Below, in pieces: positions 19,001 through 32,099 of a DNA stretch of 64,000 nt. Origin of the DNA: Octopus vulgaris (Eukaryota); NCBI GenBank assembly GCA_951406725.2, contig OX597815.1, positions 215,078,001 to 215,142,000 on the forward strand, read 5' to 3'. Both the position numbers and the translations under genes were made by a program. A model generated the notes under the pieces. The model did no database searches. It had not been told where the DNA came from and saw only the letters and a program-made list of their open reading frames with translations. Numbering within the stretch: the stretch's first letter is position 1; each line of letters begins with the position of its first letter.

Positions 19001-19811
19001 GTATTCAGGATTTTCTGCCTCATTTCTGCCATAGACTCTCTGTTTTCTTCAGCAAATGCAAGATCTTCAGTTACTGTTGTTTTTTCGTTTTCCTGGCTAT
19101 CTTTAACAGGTACAATAGAATTTCTTGTATCTTCAGGCCTTTGCGTACTTTGGTCAGATGGCAGTCTTTCAATTAAGCCTCGTGGCGGGCTATACTGTTC
19201 ATCTGATTCTTCATTTCCTTTGTGTCTTATATTTATGTCATTTTCCGTTGCGTGCTTGATCGCGCTTATTTCACTGTCTGTGAGTCTGTTATTTCTAAGG
19301 ATATCCCTCCTCACATTTGCTAATTTGTTCTCGTCCAAATAGGGCCTACTGTCTTGATTCCGTGTTCTCCATATACTGTAAGAGTTTGCGGTGTGTCTCT
19401 CTTGAGATGGCCTACCTAATGCATAGTAATAAGCGTATATTACTTCTTTATACTCTTCTCGGGTCCATTTGTTCCGCTTACATTTTTCTTTCTGTGGTGG
19501 TTGTGGTGGTGAACTTGGAGGGCTCGAGTTGGGGGATTTCCCGTTCAAGTGACCATCCATGTCCGTATTCGGAGAAGAGTTTGTGCCAGTTGATGACTTT
19601 TCGATCCCAGGCTGGCTCTTCCCTGGGGGACGCGCTTCCAGATTAACCATAGGACAAGCGATTTGGTATACTGATTTAGTTTTCCTTTTAGTTTCCAAAA
19701 ACATTTTGGTGCTACGATAATGTTATCATTTTTTAGCTTTGATTGGCTCGTGGGGAGACGGCCATCATTGCCGTTACAATTATAATCGTACCATTATAGC
19801 AGCCGTAGTCG
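16042..19811 (-). mobile_element. R4/Dong-clade non-LTR retrotransposon, copy 2 (apparently both ends present, internally deleted)
   Basis: Single ORF broken into 18235-19704, 17760-18194, 17500-17745 and 16195-17490. Contains RT motifs (YMDD), a CCHC knuckle (CRFC..ETVDHLISGC), RHD and a PD..D restriction-like endonuclease (KPDIVV..LLIDMSIP..KY). 3' UTR is followed by (TAA)n. Confidence 0.95.
16195..17490 (-). pseudogene. C-terminal RT thumb, CCHC and restriction-like endonuclease segment of the R4/Dong ORF
   Basis: 431-aa open frame with GGRGL, LHG, AAQDQ, CCHC, RHD and PD-(D/E)xK motifs. Separated from the upstream RT by an in-frame TAG. Confidence 0.9.
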
Positions 19812-20312
19812 GCTTATTATTGTTATCATCACCATTACTATCACTATCATCATTATCACCACCATTACCATCATCGTTATCATCATCACCATCACCATCA
19901 CCACCATCATCATCAATGATATTGTTTTATGTGTAGTCACAGCAGTATCTTATTATTGTTATTTTTGTTTTTTTATCATTATCACCATCACAGTAGTCTG
20001 TCTGTCTCGTTGGCTGGCTGACTGTCTTCAACGCCAGAGTTCTTGCCTGTCAAATAATACTTTCATATTTGGTTAACAATAGAACGGAGGTGAGGTTTGT
20101 GTTGGTTGAACTCTTTGAGTGTGTTTGTGTGTGTAGTTAGATAGATAGATTATCAGCACTATTACTATCATTATTATCATCATCACCGTCAGTGATATTT
20201 TTTTCTTTTTTTTTTTTTTTTTTAGGTGGGGTCCTGTCGGTCAAAAAAAGTTCAGATGTTTACTATTATTAGGCTTAAGAAAAATTAAGGAAGGGATGTT
20301 CTGTATTGTTCT

Positions 20313-20373
<61 letters not shown>

Positions 20374-20427
20374 CATTATTATTATTATTTTTTTATCATC
20401 ATCATCATCATTATTGTTATTATTATT

Positions 20428-20746
20428 CAGTAGTTTTATTTTTATATCGTGCTTTCACTTCACTACCGAGCGCAGCTCTGTGTGCCTTGGGTATGTGCTG
20501 TGGTTTGTTGTGATGCTCTTATGGTTACTGTATTGAACATGTTTTGCGTAGGATGTGTGCAGTGCCCAGTAGTGTAATTTTCTGTATGTTGTATATATTT
20601 GTAAGTCCTGGTGTTTTTTGTTATGTATTTGTCTGAATATCTTTTATCATACCTAATGCGCTTACTATGATAGGAATTGTTTCTGTTTTTAGATTCCACA
20701 TTCGAGTTACCGCTATTTCCAGGTCTTTGTATTTTGAAAGTTTCTC

Positions 20747-20747
<1 letters not shown>
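20428..20747 (-). mobile_element. Degenerate 3' fragment of a second R4/Dong family
   Basis: Aligns by eye to 61952-62275 (3' UTR plus ORF end). (TTA)n on both sides. Confidence 0.85.
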
Positions 20748-20782
<35 letters not shown>

Positions 20783-21555
20783 ATTTTGTCTGGAAATTTG
20801 TCCTAAGAAGAGGTGAGAGTTGGCGACGATTAGGTTATTTCAACCATTTGATATTAATCTTTGCCAAAAATTACTTCGTACACAACTGTTTCACAACTGT
20901 TCCGTCAGTAAGTGCGATTTCTTTGCTTTGGCAAGCGATCGCTTGTAAGACACGGCAGAACAATATTCTGTTAATTTCTAGTGAAAGGTCAAACTACTAT
21001 TTAGTCTCGTTTCTATCAAAGAATTTTTTCTACTAAGAAAATATTATCTGGAGTTATTAAGCAGTTTGCAATACCGTCTGCCAAATGTTCGGCAGAGATG
21101 TAAATATCAGCAGTCACGTGGTACTCTGTGAAAATATAGTCTTTAAAAAAATCGTTACAACTTTCACCGGATACATTTGTAGGAAAATAGTAAAACTAAC
21201 TTATATGATAGCACCTCTTTCACTGGCATAAAAATAATTCTAAAAAGTTTCCTCGAAGTTAGAAAAGTGTAGCTTTTTGTGACCATATTTCTGTTGAACA
21301 TACACTATCCTCGTTTCAATTAATTTAGAAAATAAAAAAAAAAGTATTTAGTAAAATAACTCAGCCGTTACTGAACTGATAGTGGCTGTGTGGTAAGTAG
21401 CTTGCTTACGAAGCACATGGTTCCGGGTTCAGTCCCACTGCGTGGCATCTTGGGTAGGTGTCTTCTGCTATAGCCTCGGGCCGACCAAAGCCTTGTGAGT
21501 GAATTTGGTAGACGGAAACTGAAAGACGCCCGTCGTGTATATGTATATATATGTA

Positions 21556-21634
<79 letters not shown>

Positions 21635-21656
21635 ATATATATATATATATATATAT

Positions 21657-22285
21657 AAAGAGCTATTTTTATCATATTTGTGGCTATGGCGAAAGAATGT
21701 ATCTGGTGGACGCGCCTGAAAGGATTAGAGACAAACACTTTCCTCTCTGGTCAATCTCTCATCAACTTCTTCAAGTATCACTTGAAGAGGAAAGTGAGAG
21801 TAGAGAGGCAAGTTTTGTCTAGTGAATGTTTTAAAAAAAGATGGGTGAATGTAGCAAGGATGGCACGTATGAATGACGAAGCCACCTTGACTATGATTCT
21901 ATGAACCGTAAAAATTAATACAGAGAGTTGCTTATTTGCAAAAAAAAAAAAAAGAAATATAACATGTGACTTCATTGACCGAGGTTACCGTGGTCTTTTC
22001 CGTAGGCTTTTCTTACCACGTTCTCCCCTTTACACTTCATATTGACATTTCTGTGATAACGATCCCTATTGATCAATTTTTTTGCTCTCCCCCCACCTTT
22101 TTATTTATTTATTTATTTATTTATTTTTTTGTTATTAACCCCTCCCTTTTTTTAGTCCTCTTTCTTTCCTTTTACGATCCCTTTTGATCGAAAACCACCA
22201 CTCCCTTTTTTTTACCCCCAAAAGAAAAGCTCTACCTTGTAATTTGTTCTATCTGTGTGCAGCCCTGTGTGGCTAATAAAGAAAC
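21657..22285 (+). mobile_element. Tx1/L1-like LINE 3' fragment
   Basis: Translates to AMAKECIWWTRLKG. Reverse-complement match to 29251-29420. Ends AATAAAGAAAC then (AT)n, with (TA)n on both sides. Confidence 0.75.
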
Positions 22286-22335
22286 ATATATATATATATC
22301 TATCTATCTATCTATATATATATATATATATATAT

Positions 22336-22678
22336 GCTCGTACATATGGACGGTGCTGAGTTGTCAAACATTTAAACCAAATTCTCTCAAAACAACTTGT
22401 CCGACCGTCCCATAGGCCTCCCTTTGAGAAACACTGATTTAACCTAAATTTGAGACACCAGCAAAAGAAGAAATAAAGATAGACTTTTTTTCAATTCCAA
22501 AGAATGCTTTATTGATGGAATTCTCACCTGGAATCGATTTTTGTAATTTTTTCAAGATTTATACACGCCCTGATACCGTCAGTATCTACATATCAAATTT
22601 GAGCGCGATCGGATGGAGAATGCCCGAGATCCTTGAAGACACACACACAGACAGACCGAACTGATTTTATATAATAGA
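22336..22678 (-). mobile_element. Non-autonomous Helitron-like element (family H2)
   Basis: Homologous to 7883-8372. Minus-strand 5' end reads A|TCTATTATATAAAA. Confidence 0.65.
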
Positions 22679-23191
22679 TGTGTGTGTGTGTGTGTATATA
22701 TATGTTTGTGTGTCTGTGTTTGTCCCCACAAAATCGCTTGACAACCGATGCTGGTGTGTTTACGTCCCCCGTAACTTAGCGGTTCGGCAAAAGAGACCGA
22801 TAGAATAAGTATTAGGCTTACAAAGAATAAGTCCTGGGGTCGATTTGCTCGACTAAAGGCGGTGCTCCAGCATGGCCACTGCCAAATGACTGAAACAAGT
22901 AAAAGAGTAAAAGATTATATATAAACATAAAGTAACATGCAATTTTGATGGAACGTATTTCTTTCAGATCACTGTAGAGAACAAAAGTTTGTAGTATAGA
23001 ACCAAAAGTGATCTCAGGTTGCTTGGTATTTCTTGAAACCAGGTTGATAGCAATACTCTGTGTAAAGCGTATATGGCTGTTATGTTTGTTGTCGGTCTTC
23101 AAATCGACCGTGAAGAAACAGAACAGATATCAAAGGCATTCCAGGCGTTACGATCCAGATCTTTTGTTCCATACTACATTGCCCGACGTGC

Positions 23192-23259
<68 letters not shown>

Positions 23260-23387
23260 ACGGTAAAGTATGATTTGAACAAGATTCAGATGATATTTCT
23301 AGAATGTCTGGTGATTACATAAGGGATCTTTTGTTGGCTCGTTTCATATATGGCAACGTCATGGCTGTCGTTCTACTATAGCTTCGT

Positions 23388-23388
23388 T

Positions 23389-23421
<33 letters not shown>

Positions 23422-23457
23422 TTACTACTACTACTACTACTACTACTGCTGCTGCTG

Positions 23458-23505
<48 letters not shown>

Positions 23506-23822
23506 ATGCTGCTGCTGCTGCCGCCGACTCCGCCTGCTCTGCCACCTCTATCTCCACCGCCGCCGCCACCACTCATACAATTATAATAATAAGAATAATA
23601 TTATTAATAATAATAGTAATGGTAATAGTGATGGTGATAATAATGATAATAGTAATAATAGTAATAGTGGTGTTGATAACAATGGTAATGTTAATAATGA
23701 TAATAATAACGGTATTATTGTTGATAATATTATTAGTTGTATTAACAATAATAATACTAATACTAATAGGAATAGTGTTGTTAGTGGTAGTAATAATAAT
23801 AGTAACAATAATCATAGTAATA
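23388..23822. repeat. Compound trinucleotide low-complexity tract (CTA/GCT/CCG then AAT/GAT)
   Basis: Direct inspection. Confidence 0.9.
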
Positions 23823-24087
23823 AAAACTTCGTTTCGATCTCGGAGGACAACCCCAACAGAATTAAATTTTTGTCCAATAATTCTAAGATTAAGAATTCTA
23901 TATACCAGTGTAAAATTTCTATAAATGGAAAACCTCTATAAATGGCTGATGATTGCTCAACATTTTAAGACTGTTGTAATACTTACAATGTTTAATAAAA
24001 TGATGTAGCTTGAAACGATCGTACCAAATTACCGAAGATATTCTTGTTGCTTATTTTGATACACACACACACACACACACACACACT

Positions 24088-24250
24088 CGACGTGCTTCTT
24101 TCAGTTTCTGTCTACCAAATCCACCTACAAGGCTTTAGTCGGCTCGAGGCTATAGTGGAAGAGACTTTCCCAAGGTGTCACGCAGTGGAACTGAATCCGG
24201 AACCATGTGGTTGAGAAGCAATCTTCTTACCACACAGCCACGCCTGCGCC
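24088..24250 (-). mobile_element. SINE family A copy
   Basis: Reverse complement of the head GGCGCAGGCGTGGCTGTGTGGTAAGAAG. Confidence 0.8.
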
Positions 24251-24297
24251 CATAGTAGTTAAATTCGTATCGATTTTACCCTTTTTAAGTAATTTTA

Positions 24298-24625
24298 GAT
24301 CAGACACAGCATGCTGCATGGATTCCAAGAAGCTCTTCAACAATGGAAATGCAAGAAATATTCATTTTGTCTCTGGAAATGAACAGGACATGTCAACAAT
24401 GGTTTGGTCAGTTTCGCTTGGGAAATTTTTCCCTCACAGATACCCATTGATCAAAACGACCAAGTTCTGTCAGTACTGAGCTTCTATAGACCGGAGATAA
24501 GGAAAATTCAAGCAAATTGTACGAGAATTAGCAAAACAATTCAATTCATATCACACTTCGATAATAAAATAACTTTATCAACTAAGAAACGTGTCTAAAC
24601 TTGGTTAGTTGGTCGTTCATCATCT
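24298..24625 (+). pseudogene. Degenerate mariner transposase N-terminal (HTH) fragment
   Basis: Frameshifted pieces IRHSMLHGFQ / ARNIHFVSGNE / TCQQWFGQFRLGNFSLTD / NVSKLG*LVVHHL resemble the mariner TCQRWF..FR.GNFSL.D and WVPHEL motifs. Confidence 0.6.
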
Positions 24626-27600
24626 GGCTGGTTCCCATTTTTATCAAAGAATTGCCTTCTTCTACAGAAGTATGTTATATTTATTTAGTGCGCTTGTTCT
24701 ACATTCAGTCATTAAATTATTGAAGGCTGCGTAATCAGAAATTTCACTCTTTAGATGGCGTAGAAAAGAATTTGGATCAATTTCAAGTTGTTCCTGGCGG
24801 AGCATGAGTAAAACACTGAGTGAAATATATATTAGTTCTATAGAAGCACATATATGTGCGTGCAAAACTTATATATGTACTCGGTTATGCTGAAATTGTC
24901 ATTATTAGAATGAAATGATATATTTGTCGTCATTAAAAGGAAACTATATTTCACTCCATCCATTTCCAATTACATGAAGCTTAAGTTTTAAGTTATGCGT
25001 ATCCTATATTTAAATTCATTAACAGCTCTTGTGTTTCAGTCCTCCTCCTTATATATTAGTAGATCTCAATTTCTTATCTACAAAATTAAAATGAATATTA
25101 AACATATATACACAGAAAGAACTTTTAGAAACATTCTTACGATCACTTAAAGGAAGAAGTTGCTTTGTTTTGGGTATGACAGTCACAATGGTTGTATCCT
25201 GTACCGTTAGTTGTAATCATATCTTCCTGAAAGTACAAAACAGAGGGAATAAAAACCATCAAAAGTTAACACAAAAGAATAGTGTGTATAAATTAAATAT
25301 AAACATACACTTAGACAAAACACAACGGGGAATGAAATTGAATGAGCACCAACGGTACCTGGAATTCTCATTTGGTATGCACATTGGTACCGATCGTTTA
25401 ACGAGCACAAACAAATTTCTTCTAAAATACGCTACTTTAAACCGAAGTTGAAGAATCACGCGCACGCGAGAAATATTTCGTATGCGTTCAAATTTGAAAC
25501 CGCCCGTTGATGACGTCTCTGAAAAATTATATGAAAAGGAGAACAGTTTAAGCCTTAAGACCAAAATAATATTCGTGCATATCTATCCTTTCATAAAATT
25601 AGAAAATATGCAGCTTATTTATTATGCTCACAACGCTGCGCATCCTCGGGTTCTCATCATTTATAATTTACCCATAGTATCTAAAACGGTGTCCTACCTA
25701 TATTATAAAGTAATGCAATTCGTTGTTAAAACTGCATGTACAGTTGTCTGTCTTTCCTCTATAACCATACCTAGAATCATTTCAAATTTATTGTTTAGTA
25801 GCATTGTGAGCTTTAGAGGATGATTCTAGTCGAGTGTCTAAAATGTAATCTTTGAACAGTCGCAGTTCAATTATAAACTCGCTTATTTCCAGTGCATTGT
25901 CGATTTATTATGCTAGCTATTTTTCTTCCTCGAAGTATCTTGTCCACTTATGTCTACAACGTAATATAAATATAGGCACATATGTTCTTTGGACTTTCCC
26001 AGTTCAATTATAAACTCATTAATTTTTGTTGTATTGTCAGTTTAATATTCATTTTTATTCTTACAATTTAGAATCGGCGTTTAACAATAGAGATGTTTGG
26101 AGCAATAAAACGACAAACTAAATTAACAGTTCAAGCAAAACGATAACATAAATCTCGCCGGTCTCGACGGGTCTGCAAAGGCAATGAGCTCAGCTCCTTC
26201 CTTCAAATAAAACCAAAAAAGTCTGCTGCTCCTCGCTATTTTTTCCTTCTCCAGGGCCTCTTGTCCACCTCAGTCTATGTTTAAATTTAAATATATACAT
26301 GTATATTTCCTTTGAGCAGTCACAGTTCAATTATAAATGCATTGATTTGTGTTGTATTCTCATTTTTACTCTTCTATTACAACAACCATGTAAAGCAATG
26401 GAAATGATTGAGAAGGTAAAACGACAGTCTCGGCCATCTTGATTCCGAATTCAGATACCAGGAGAGTTGGATTTGTTTGTCATCAGTGATAAGTCAATAA
26501 AACAAATAACGCTATTTATATTACTAAATTAATATCATTCATGCTTTATGTTAATAACTTATAAAAGATATTCATTAATTCTTAAAGTATAAAAACCAAC
26601 ACTTTACTCAAATACTGATAACTTGAACTTCCTCTTATTTAAATTATTATTTTTCTCTTTAAATTATATTTTGGAAATACAGAACAAGCCATCAGTCATT
26701 CTTTTTTTTTCTTTTTTGCCCTTCATTTATCAATTATATTTGCTATTCTAAGAGAGTGGTTGATAATTTTTGCTTAAGTGGAAAGAGTCATTAAATATCT
26801 TGTTAGCAATGTTTATTATTTTTAAGTCTATTTTTCTATTCTTCTAGCTTTCTCCTTTGCAATTATGCTACATTGCATGCAGTGTATATTATGCAACAAT
26901 TGTATTTCAGTATCGAAATACTCGTAGCGACTCAAGAAATACACAACTCCTATCGTGATCATTTAAATGATCCGCAAAATAGACAGACAAAAATGTTGTT
27001 ACACGTCAGAATTGACCTGTCGTTGAAACAATATCATGACCTATTGCCTGTCTTTGGGAAACGTACAGATGTCACAACATTCAGTTCCTCTTCCTACAAA
27101 TCTCAGTCATTGTGTCGAGTCGGATAAACAACGGACATCTACTAAAGTGTGCTTTCATTGAATAACTACGACACAGTAATAGCGCAAATTGTCAGGAAAC
27201 AGACTTGCTTGTAGAACTTCCCAGACTAATAAATTGATGCGATTGGTGTTTGATTTTAAATTTTACTGGTTGATGTTGAAAAGAAAACGTTGGCATGGAA
27301 TAAGTTTCGAAGGTTTTTATTCTGGGAAGGAAGGGTTGGATTAGTACAAGTAAGAGGAGAGTTGAGATATTAGGAGCCAAAGAGAGCTTTTCTAACATAG
27401 ACTACAATGCGACAGATGACTTCCGTTATAAGAAATAAGTAACAATTGAAGTCTAAAAGTGTGGTTTGAGTGGAAGACCTTACCGCTGGCAACTTTGCTT
27501 TCGCTACAATTCTCGAGGATAACATACACGTACCACAAGAGTGGGACAAAAACAAATCAGGTCTCCGAGAGATCTGAATTTACATAAACCGTACATTTAG

Positions 27601-27805
27601 CCACAAAATAAGAAAGGAAACTTGAGGTATCTGGAAAAAGGAAAAAGACACTGTAAACACCAAAAAGAAACATTACATTGATGCCAAAATATGGTTTTCT
27701 AATGAAATTGTCTCAGTTCCAGATTTATTACTACTAAAAACTTCATAACTAACATTAACGTTGTAGTTTTTAATGAGAGATGGTTTGGTTTTCGTCTGTT
27801 TTTTA

Positions 27806-28185
27806 TATTCTGAGTTCAAATTTCACCGAGGCCGACGATGCCCGTCATCATTCCGAGGTCGATAAAATAAGTGTAAACTGAACAATGGGGTTGAAGTAAT
27901 CGATTTATCCCCGAACGTGCTGACCTCGTACCAAAATTTGAAACCAGCATTAGACCATTTGCTTAAAGGTGGTATGCTAGCAGAATTGTTAGCACGCCGG
28001 GAAAAATGCTTTGCAGCATTTCTTTCGTCATTATGTTCTGAGTTCAAATTCCGCTGATGTCGATATTGTCTTTCATCTTTTAGGAGTCGGTAAAACAAGT
28101 ACCAGTCGAGCACAGAGGTGGATGTCATTGACTGACGCCCCTCCCCGAAATTGTTGACCTTGTGCTAAAGTTTGAAATAATATTA
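27806..28185 (+). mobile_element. Degenerate SINE family B copies
   Basis: TTCTGAGTTCAAATT B-box module and GGTCGATAAAATAAG motif, each present twice. Confidence 0.7.
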
Positions 28186-28244
28186 AATTGTTTGCTTATT
28201 TTTTTTTTAATTTGGCAGAAAGCAATTTTCAAAGTAACAACATA

Positions 28245-29250
28245 CGAAGGGGTACCCAAAAGAAACCGGAATTTCGCAATATTGTTTTATTCACTTAAGT
28301 TGTACACGTTTACACTTTTATCACCTTCAAAGTATTCTCCATTTGAAGCAATGCATCTGTCCAGACGCATTTTCCACTGTTCGAAGCTGTCCTGGAACTC
28401 TTGCGAAGTGATGCCTTTTAACGCCTCTATCGGTTTTTTTTTCTTCTCCTCTTCCACATCTGCAAAACATTTTCCTTAAAGGACATTTTTCATTCGGGGA
28501 AATAGAAAAAAATCGCAGTGAGTAAGATCGGGTAATAGGGAGGGTGGGTAAGCGGGGTCATCCCATTTTTGGTCAAAAACTGTTTCACACTCAAATCGGT
28601 GTGCGCAGGCGCATTGCAGTGATGAAACCACTACCCTCTACTTTGTCACAGGGGCGTTTTCGTCTCACCGCATCTCGCAAACGCTTCAGAACTACAAATG
28701 GAAAATGTCTGCTTGACATTTTGACCGAGCGGAATAAATTCTGTGTAGACAATTCTTTTCGCGTCGTTGAAACGAATCAGCATCGTCTTGACATTGGACT
28801 TCACTTGACACGGTTTTGTGAGGCGTGGTGGCATTGAATGCTTTCATTGACTTGATTGTTGCTTCGTTTCCGGGTCGTAGCCGTAGCATCAGCTTTCGTC
28901 ACCGGTGATGATCTTCGAAAAAAGGTACGTATCAACTTCCAACTGTTCTTTCAGTTCACGACACGCATTCTACCGTGACTGCTTTTGATCTACCGTGAGC
29001 AAGCGAGGCACAACTTTTGCTGCAACGCTTTTCATTTACATTTTCTCTCTCAATATTCATAGGCAGGAACTCCAGGACACGTTAGTCATATCAACAAATT
29101 CGTTAATTGTTCGGTGACCGTCCTCCAAGATCAAATCTTGAATTTTCATGATGTTTTCATTCGTTCGGGAGGTCGACGGTCACTCTGAATGAGGCTGGCT
29201 TTCAAGCAACAAGTGACCGTTCCTAAAGCGTGAAAACTACTCGTAAACAT
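28245..29250 (-). mobile_element. Mariner DNA transposon remnant
   Basis: TA followed by a CGAAGGGGTACCCAAAAG TIR-like end. Minus strand encodes ITGDES*CYGYDPETKQQSSQ* and KSNVKTMLI..F.D..IV..EF.P.GQ.V. Truncated by the adjacent LINE. Confidence 0.85.
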
Positions 29251-30358
29251 TCGCTAGACAAAAAACTTGCCTCTCTACTCTCACCTTCTTTTTCAAGTGA
29301 TACTTGAAAAAGTTGATGAGAGATTGATCAGAGAGGGTGTTTGCCTCTAATCCTTTTAAATGCGTCCACCAGACACATTCTTTCGCCATAGCCACTAGTA
29401 CGATGAAAATAGCTCTTCCTTCCCGTTTGAAGGAAGGAGGCGTGACGATATTGATGATAGACTCGACTGATAAAGCGACTCATCCCATACGTGAAAGCGG
29501 TCGCTCGGCATAAGCCCACAGGTCGGAAATGGTTGGACACTGTACTAGTGCGTGCAGAACGGTTTCGTCGCTCTGACCGCATCTCGGGCAGGTCGGGCCG
29601 GTGTTTTTTGAGCCGTGCCTGTAGAGCTTATCCCGAACGGGTAACGCTTCTCGATAGCACTGCAAGACCAGGGATCTCTGGAAGTTGTCCATAGGTCCCG
29701 GCCCGAAAGTCGTCTTGAACAGGCAGGTCAGGTATTCAACGTCAACGCCCAGATTCACCCGAGATCAACGTTGTACCTCCCCTCCATTAATCCTCTATAG
29801 AATGCTTTGGTTGTGATGTAGTCGCTTAAGGTCGACCCAGGACGGCAGAGTTGCTCCAGAGCAACGCGATACTCGCGGTGCCATTCGCCCTTCCTCGGTC
29901 TCTTCTTGATCCACGACTGCAGCTCGGTCATGGAGACGAGCTACAGGAAAGCACGTCGCACAAATGGTGACCACACCTGTCCACCGTCATCTAAGTAGAG
30001 CCGGAGATGTCGCAGTCTCAGTGCATGTCTACGCATCATCAACTACGGCTTGCCCATCCCTCTTTTCAGCGGGTGTTGGCAGCAAACGGATCGCCTGACC
30101 ATCGGAACGCTTCCTTTCCACAAGAAGCGGAAGAGGGTGCGTTCCAGTTTGGTGATGGTAGGGTCGGGACAAGGCACGACGGTCAGGTAATAGTTGATGA
30201 CGGATGCGATGTACGCGTTCGCCACCTACGCCCCACCTTTTGCAGGGAGAGAGTGGCCACTCTACTCGTTATCTCGTCCCAGTTCTTCTCCGTTTGGAGG
30301 TCCGGACCGAACTAGACCCCGAGCAACTTGACCGGCCAGTCGGTCCAGCATCCCACTA
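29251..30358 (-). mobile_element. Tx1/L1-like LINE ORF2 C-terminal fragment
   Basis: LFRFLWKG and REALPVRDKL..CPRCGQSDETVLHALVQC (CCHC of L1/Tx1 ORF2). Frameshifted. Confidence 0.85.
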
Positions 30359-30593
30359 CTGAGATAGATAGATAGATAGATATACGGATGTGTATGCATG
30401 CGTGTGTGTGTGTAATATATATAAAATTGTATATATGTGTGTGGGTGTATTTGTGTTTGTTCCCTACCTCCGTTTAAAAACGGTGATAAAGAAGCATATC
30501 TTAGTGAATTGAATAAATAGCTGGGACAAGACAGTATAAAGCAGAATATTGTGATACACACAACTGACATTCCTACCAACTTATAAAAATTTG

Positions 30594-30648
30594 TTGTAGT
30601 AGTAGTGGCGGCAGCAGCAGCAGCAGCAGCAGCAGTAGCAGCAGCAGT

Positions 30649-30680
<32 letters not shown>

Positions 30681-30866
30681 TAGTAGTGGTGATGGTAGTA
30701 TTAGTTGTAGTAATGGTGGTGTTGGCGTCGGCGTCGGTGGCAGCAGTGGTTGCAACAGTGACAGCAACAGGAGCAGCAGCGGTGGTAAAAGAAACCAGCG
30801 GCCGCAGCCATTGGTAGTGGTTGCAGCGACAGCAGCGGCCGCAGCCGGCGACGACCACAGCGACGA
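30594..30866. repeat. GC-rich (GCA/GTA/GCG)n trinucleotide tract
   Basis: Direct inspection. Confidence 0.85.
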
Positions 30867-31422
30867 TTCGTCAAGTTATAAGAGTAAAAACACTGCTGTA
30901 GTTGAGAGCCAGCGCAGTGGTTCTCAGATGAATAAATACGAATTCCCTAACCAAAACGAGAACATTTGGCAGGGCACTCCACTCTCATAATGGTTTCTGA
31001 TTTAGACAGAACGCCAACAGTTTTCGGAAGACAGGGTTCGTCGATATCATAACTCCATGGTACTTCATTTATTGACCCCTTATGAAAGGAAAACAATGTT
31101 GACATCTGCAGAATTTGAACTTGAAATGTAAAGAGTCAACACAAGTACCATAATGTTTTTTACCCGACGCGTTGACTATTCTACTAGCTCGGAGCATTTC
31201 ACTGTTCTTCTTGAGATAAAAAAAAATGTTTGTACCTAAATTCTTCTTTCTTCACAAATCGTGTTGGACAAGATTTAAAAGTTTTAAACATATTAATGAT
31301 AGTAAACATGGCAATTTGCCCCCCTCCCCCATACACACACCAGTTTTAATTCTCACTGACCCATCCAAGTATGGGATCTGTACAGTCTTAAGGCATAGGC
31401 TTACTAGCAGTTGTCCGCGGGT

Positions 31423-32099
31423 CAGGGCTGTACCACCAGCATTATCGACCCCCGGGCAGATTAATGCACTGAGCTCTATTTTAATCGTTGATTGACAGCA
31501 AACCACCAAACTTAGATAAGAATTGGCTTCTAGGCCCATTGGGCTGCAGAACAGCTGTCCGATGTGCTAATCCTTATAGTATTTATTTATTGACGGCAAG
31601 CTACAATATATATATATAGATTAAATTCGGGCTCCGGGACAACCATCCAGTGTGCTGGATGGTTGTTTATTACTGTAGTTTATTACTGGTTTCAAATTTT
31701 GGCTGAAGGCCACCAATTTCGGGGAAGGGGTAAATCAATTGCATCGACCCCAGTGCTCAACTGGCACTTATTTTATCAGCCCGAAAGGATGAAAGCAAAG
31801 TCGACCTCAGCGGCTTTTGAACTCAGAAAATAAAGACGACATTTTGCCCAGCACGGTAGCAATTCTACCAGCTCGCCGCCTTATATTTTATTATTGACAA
31901 GCTATAGCATACATGGACCAGAATTGGACCCCTAGATCTGTCCACTTTGCCCATACCTTAAAACGATACTTCTGGAGGTCTCACGGGTCGAGGGGCCCAA
32001 TTATAATCTATGTATGTTGTGATTAACTAGCAATAAATAAATACAATACCAGAGCATTGATTTGCCCGGGAGCCTATGATGCTGTTAAGACGGCCCTCG
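31423..32099. mobile_element. Putative old MITE with ~50-bp degenerate TIRs, interrupted by a family B SINE (31688-31881)
   Basis: CAGGGCTGTACCACCAGCATT..CCCGGGCAGATTAATGCACTG is an imperfect inverted match to CAGAGCATTGATTTGCCCGGG..ATGCTGTTAAGACGGCCCT. No clear TSD. Confidence 0.5.

Larger units (their letters stand above)
21381..22910 (+). mobile_element. SINE family A split by nested insertions in its internal microsatellite
   Basis: Head at 21381-21536 and tail at ~22700-22910 (GTGTTTGTCCCC..ATCGCTTGACAACCG..TGACTGAAACAAGTAAAAG). A Tx1 3' fragment and a Helitron lie between. Confidence 0.7.

Noticed and set aside
26873-27398. Short non-repetitive ORFs as possible host exons
   Set aside because: No recognisable homology and no consistent splice-site pair.
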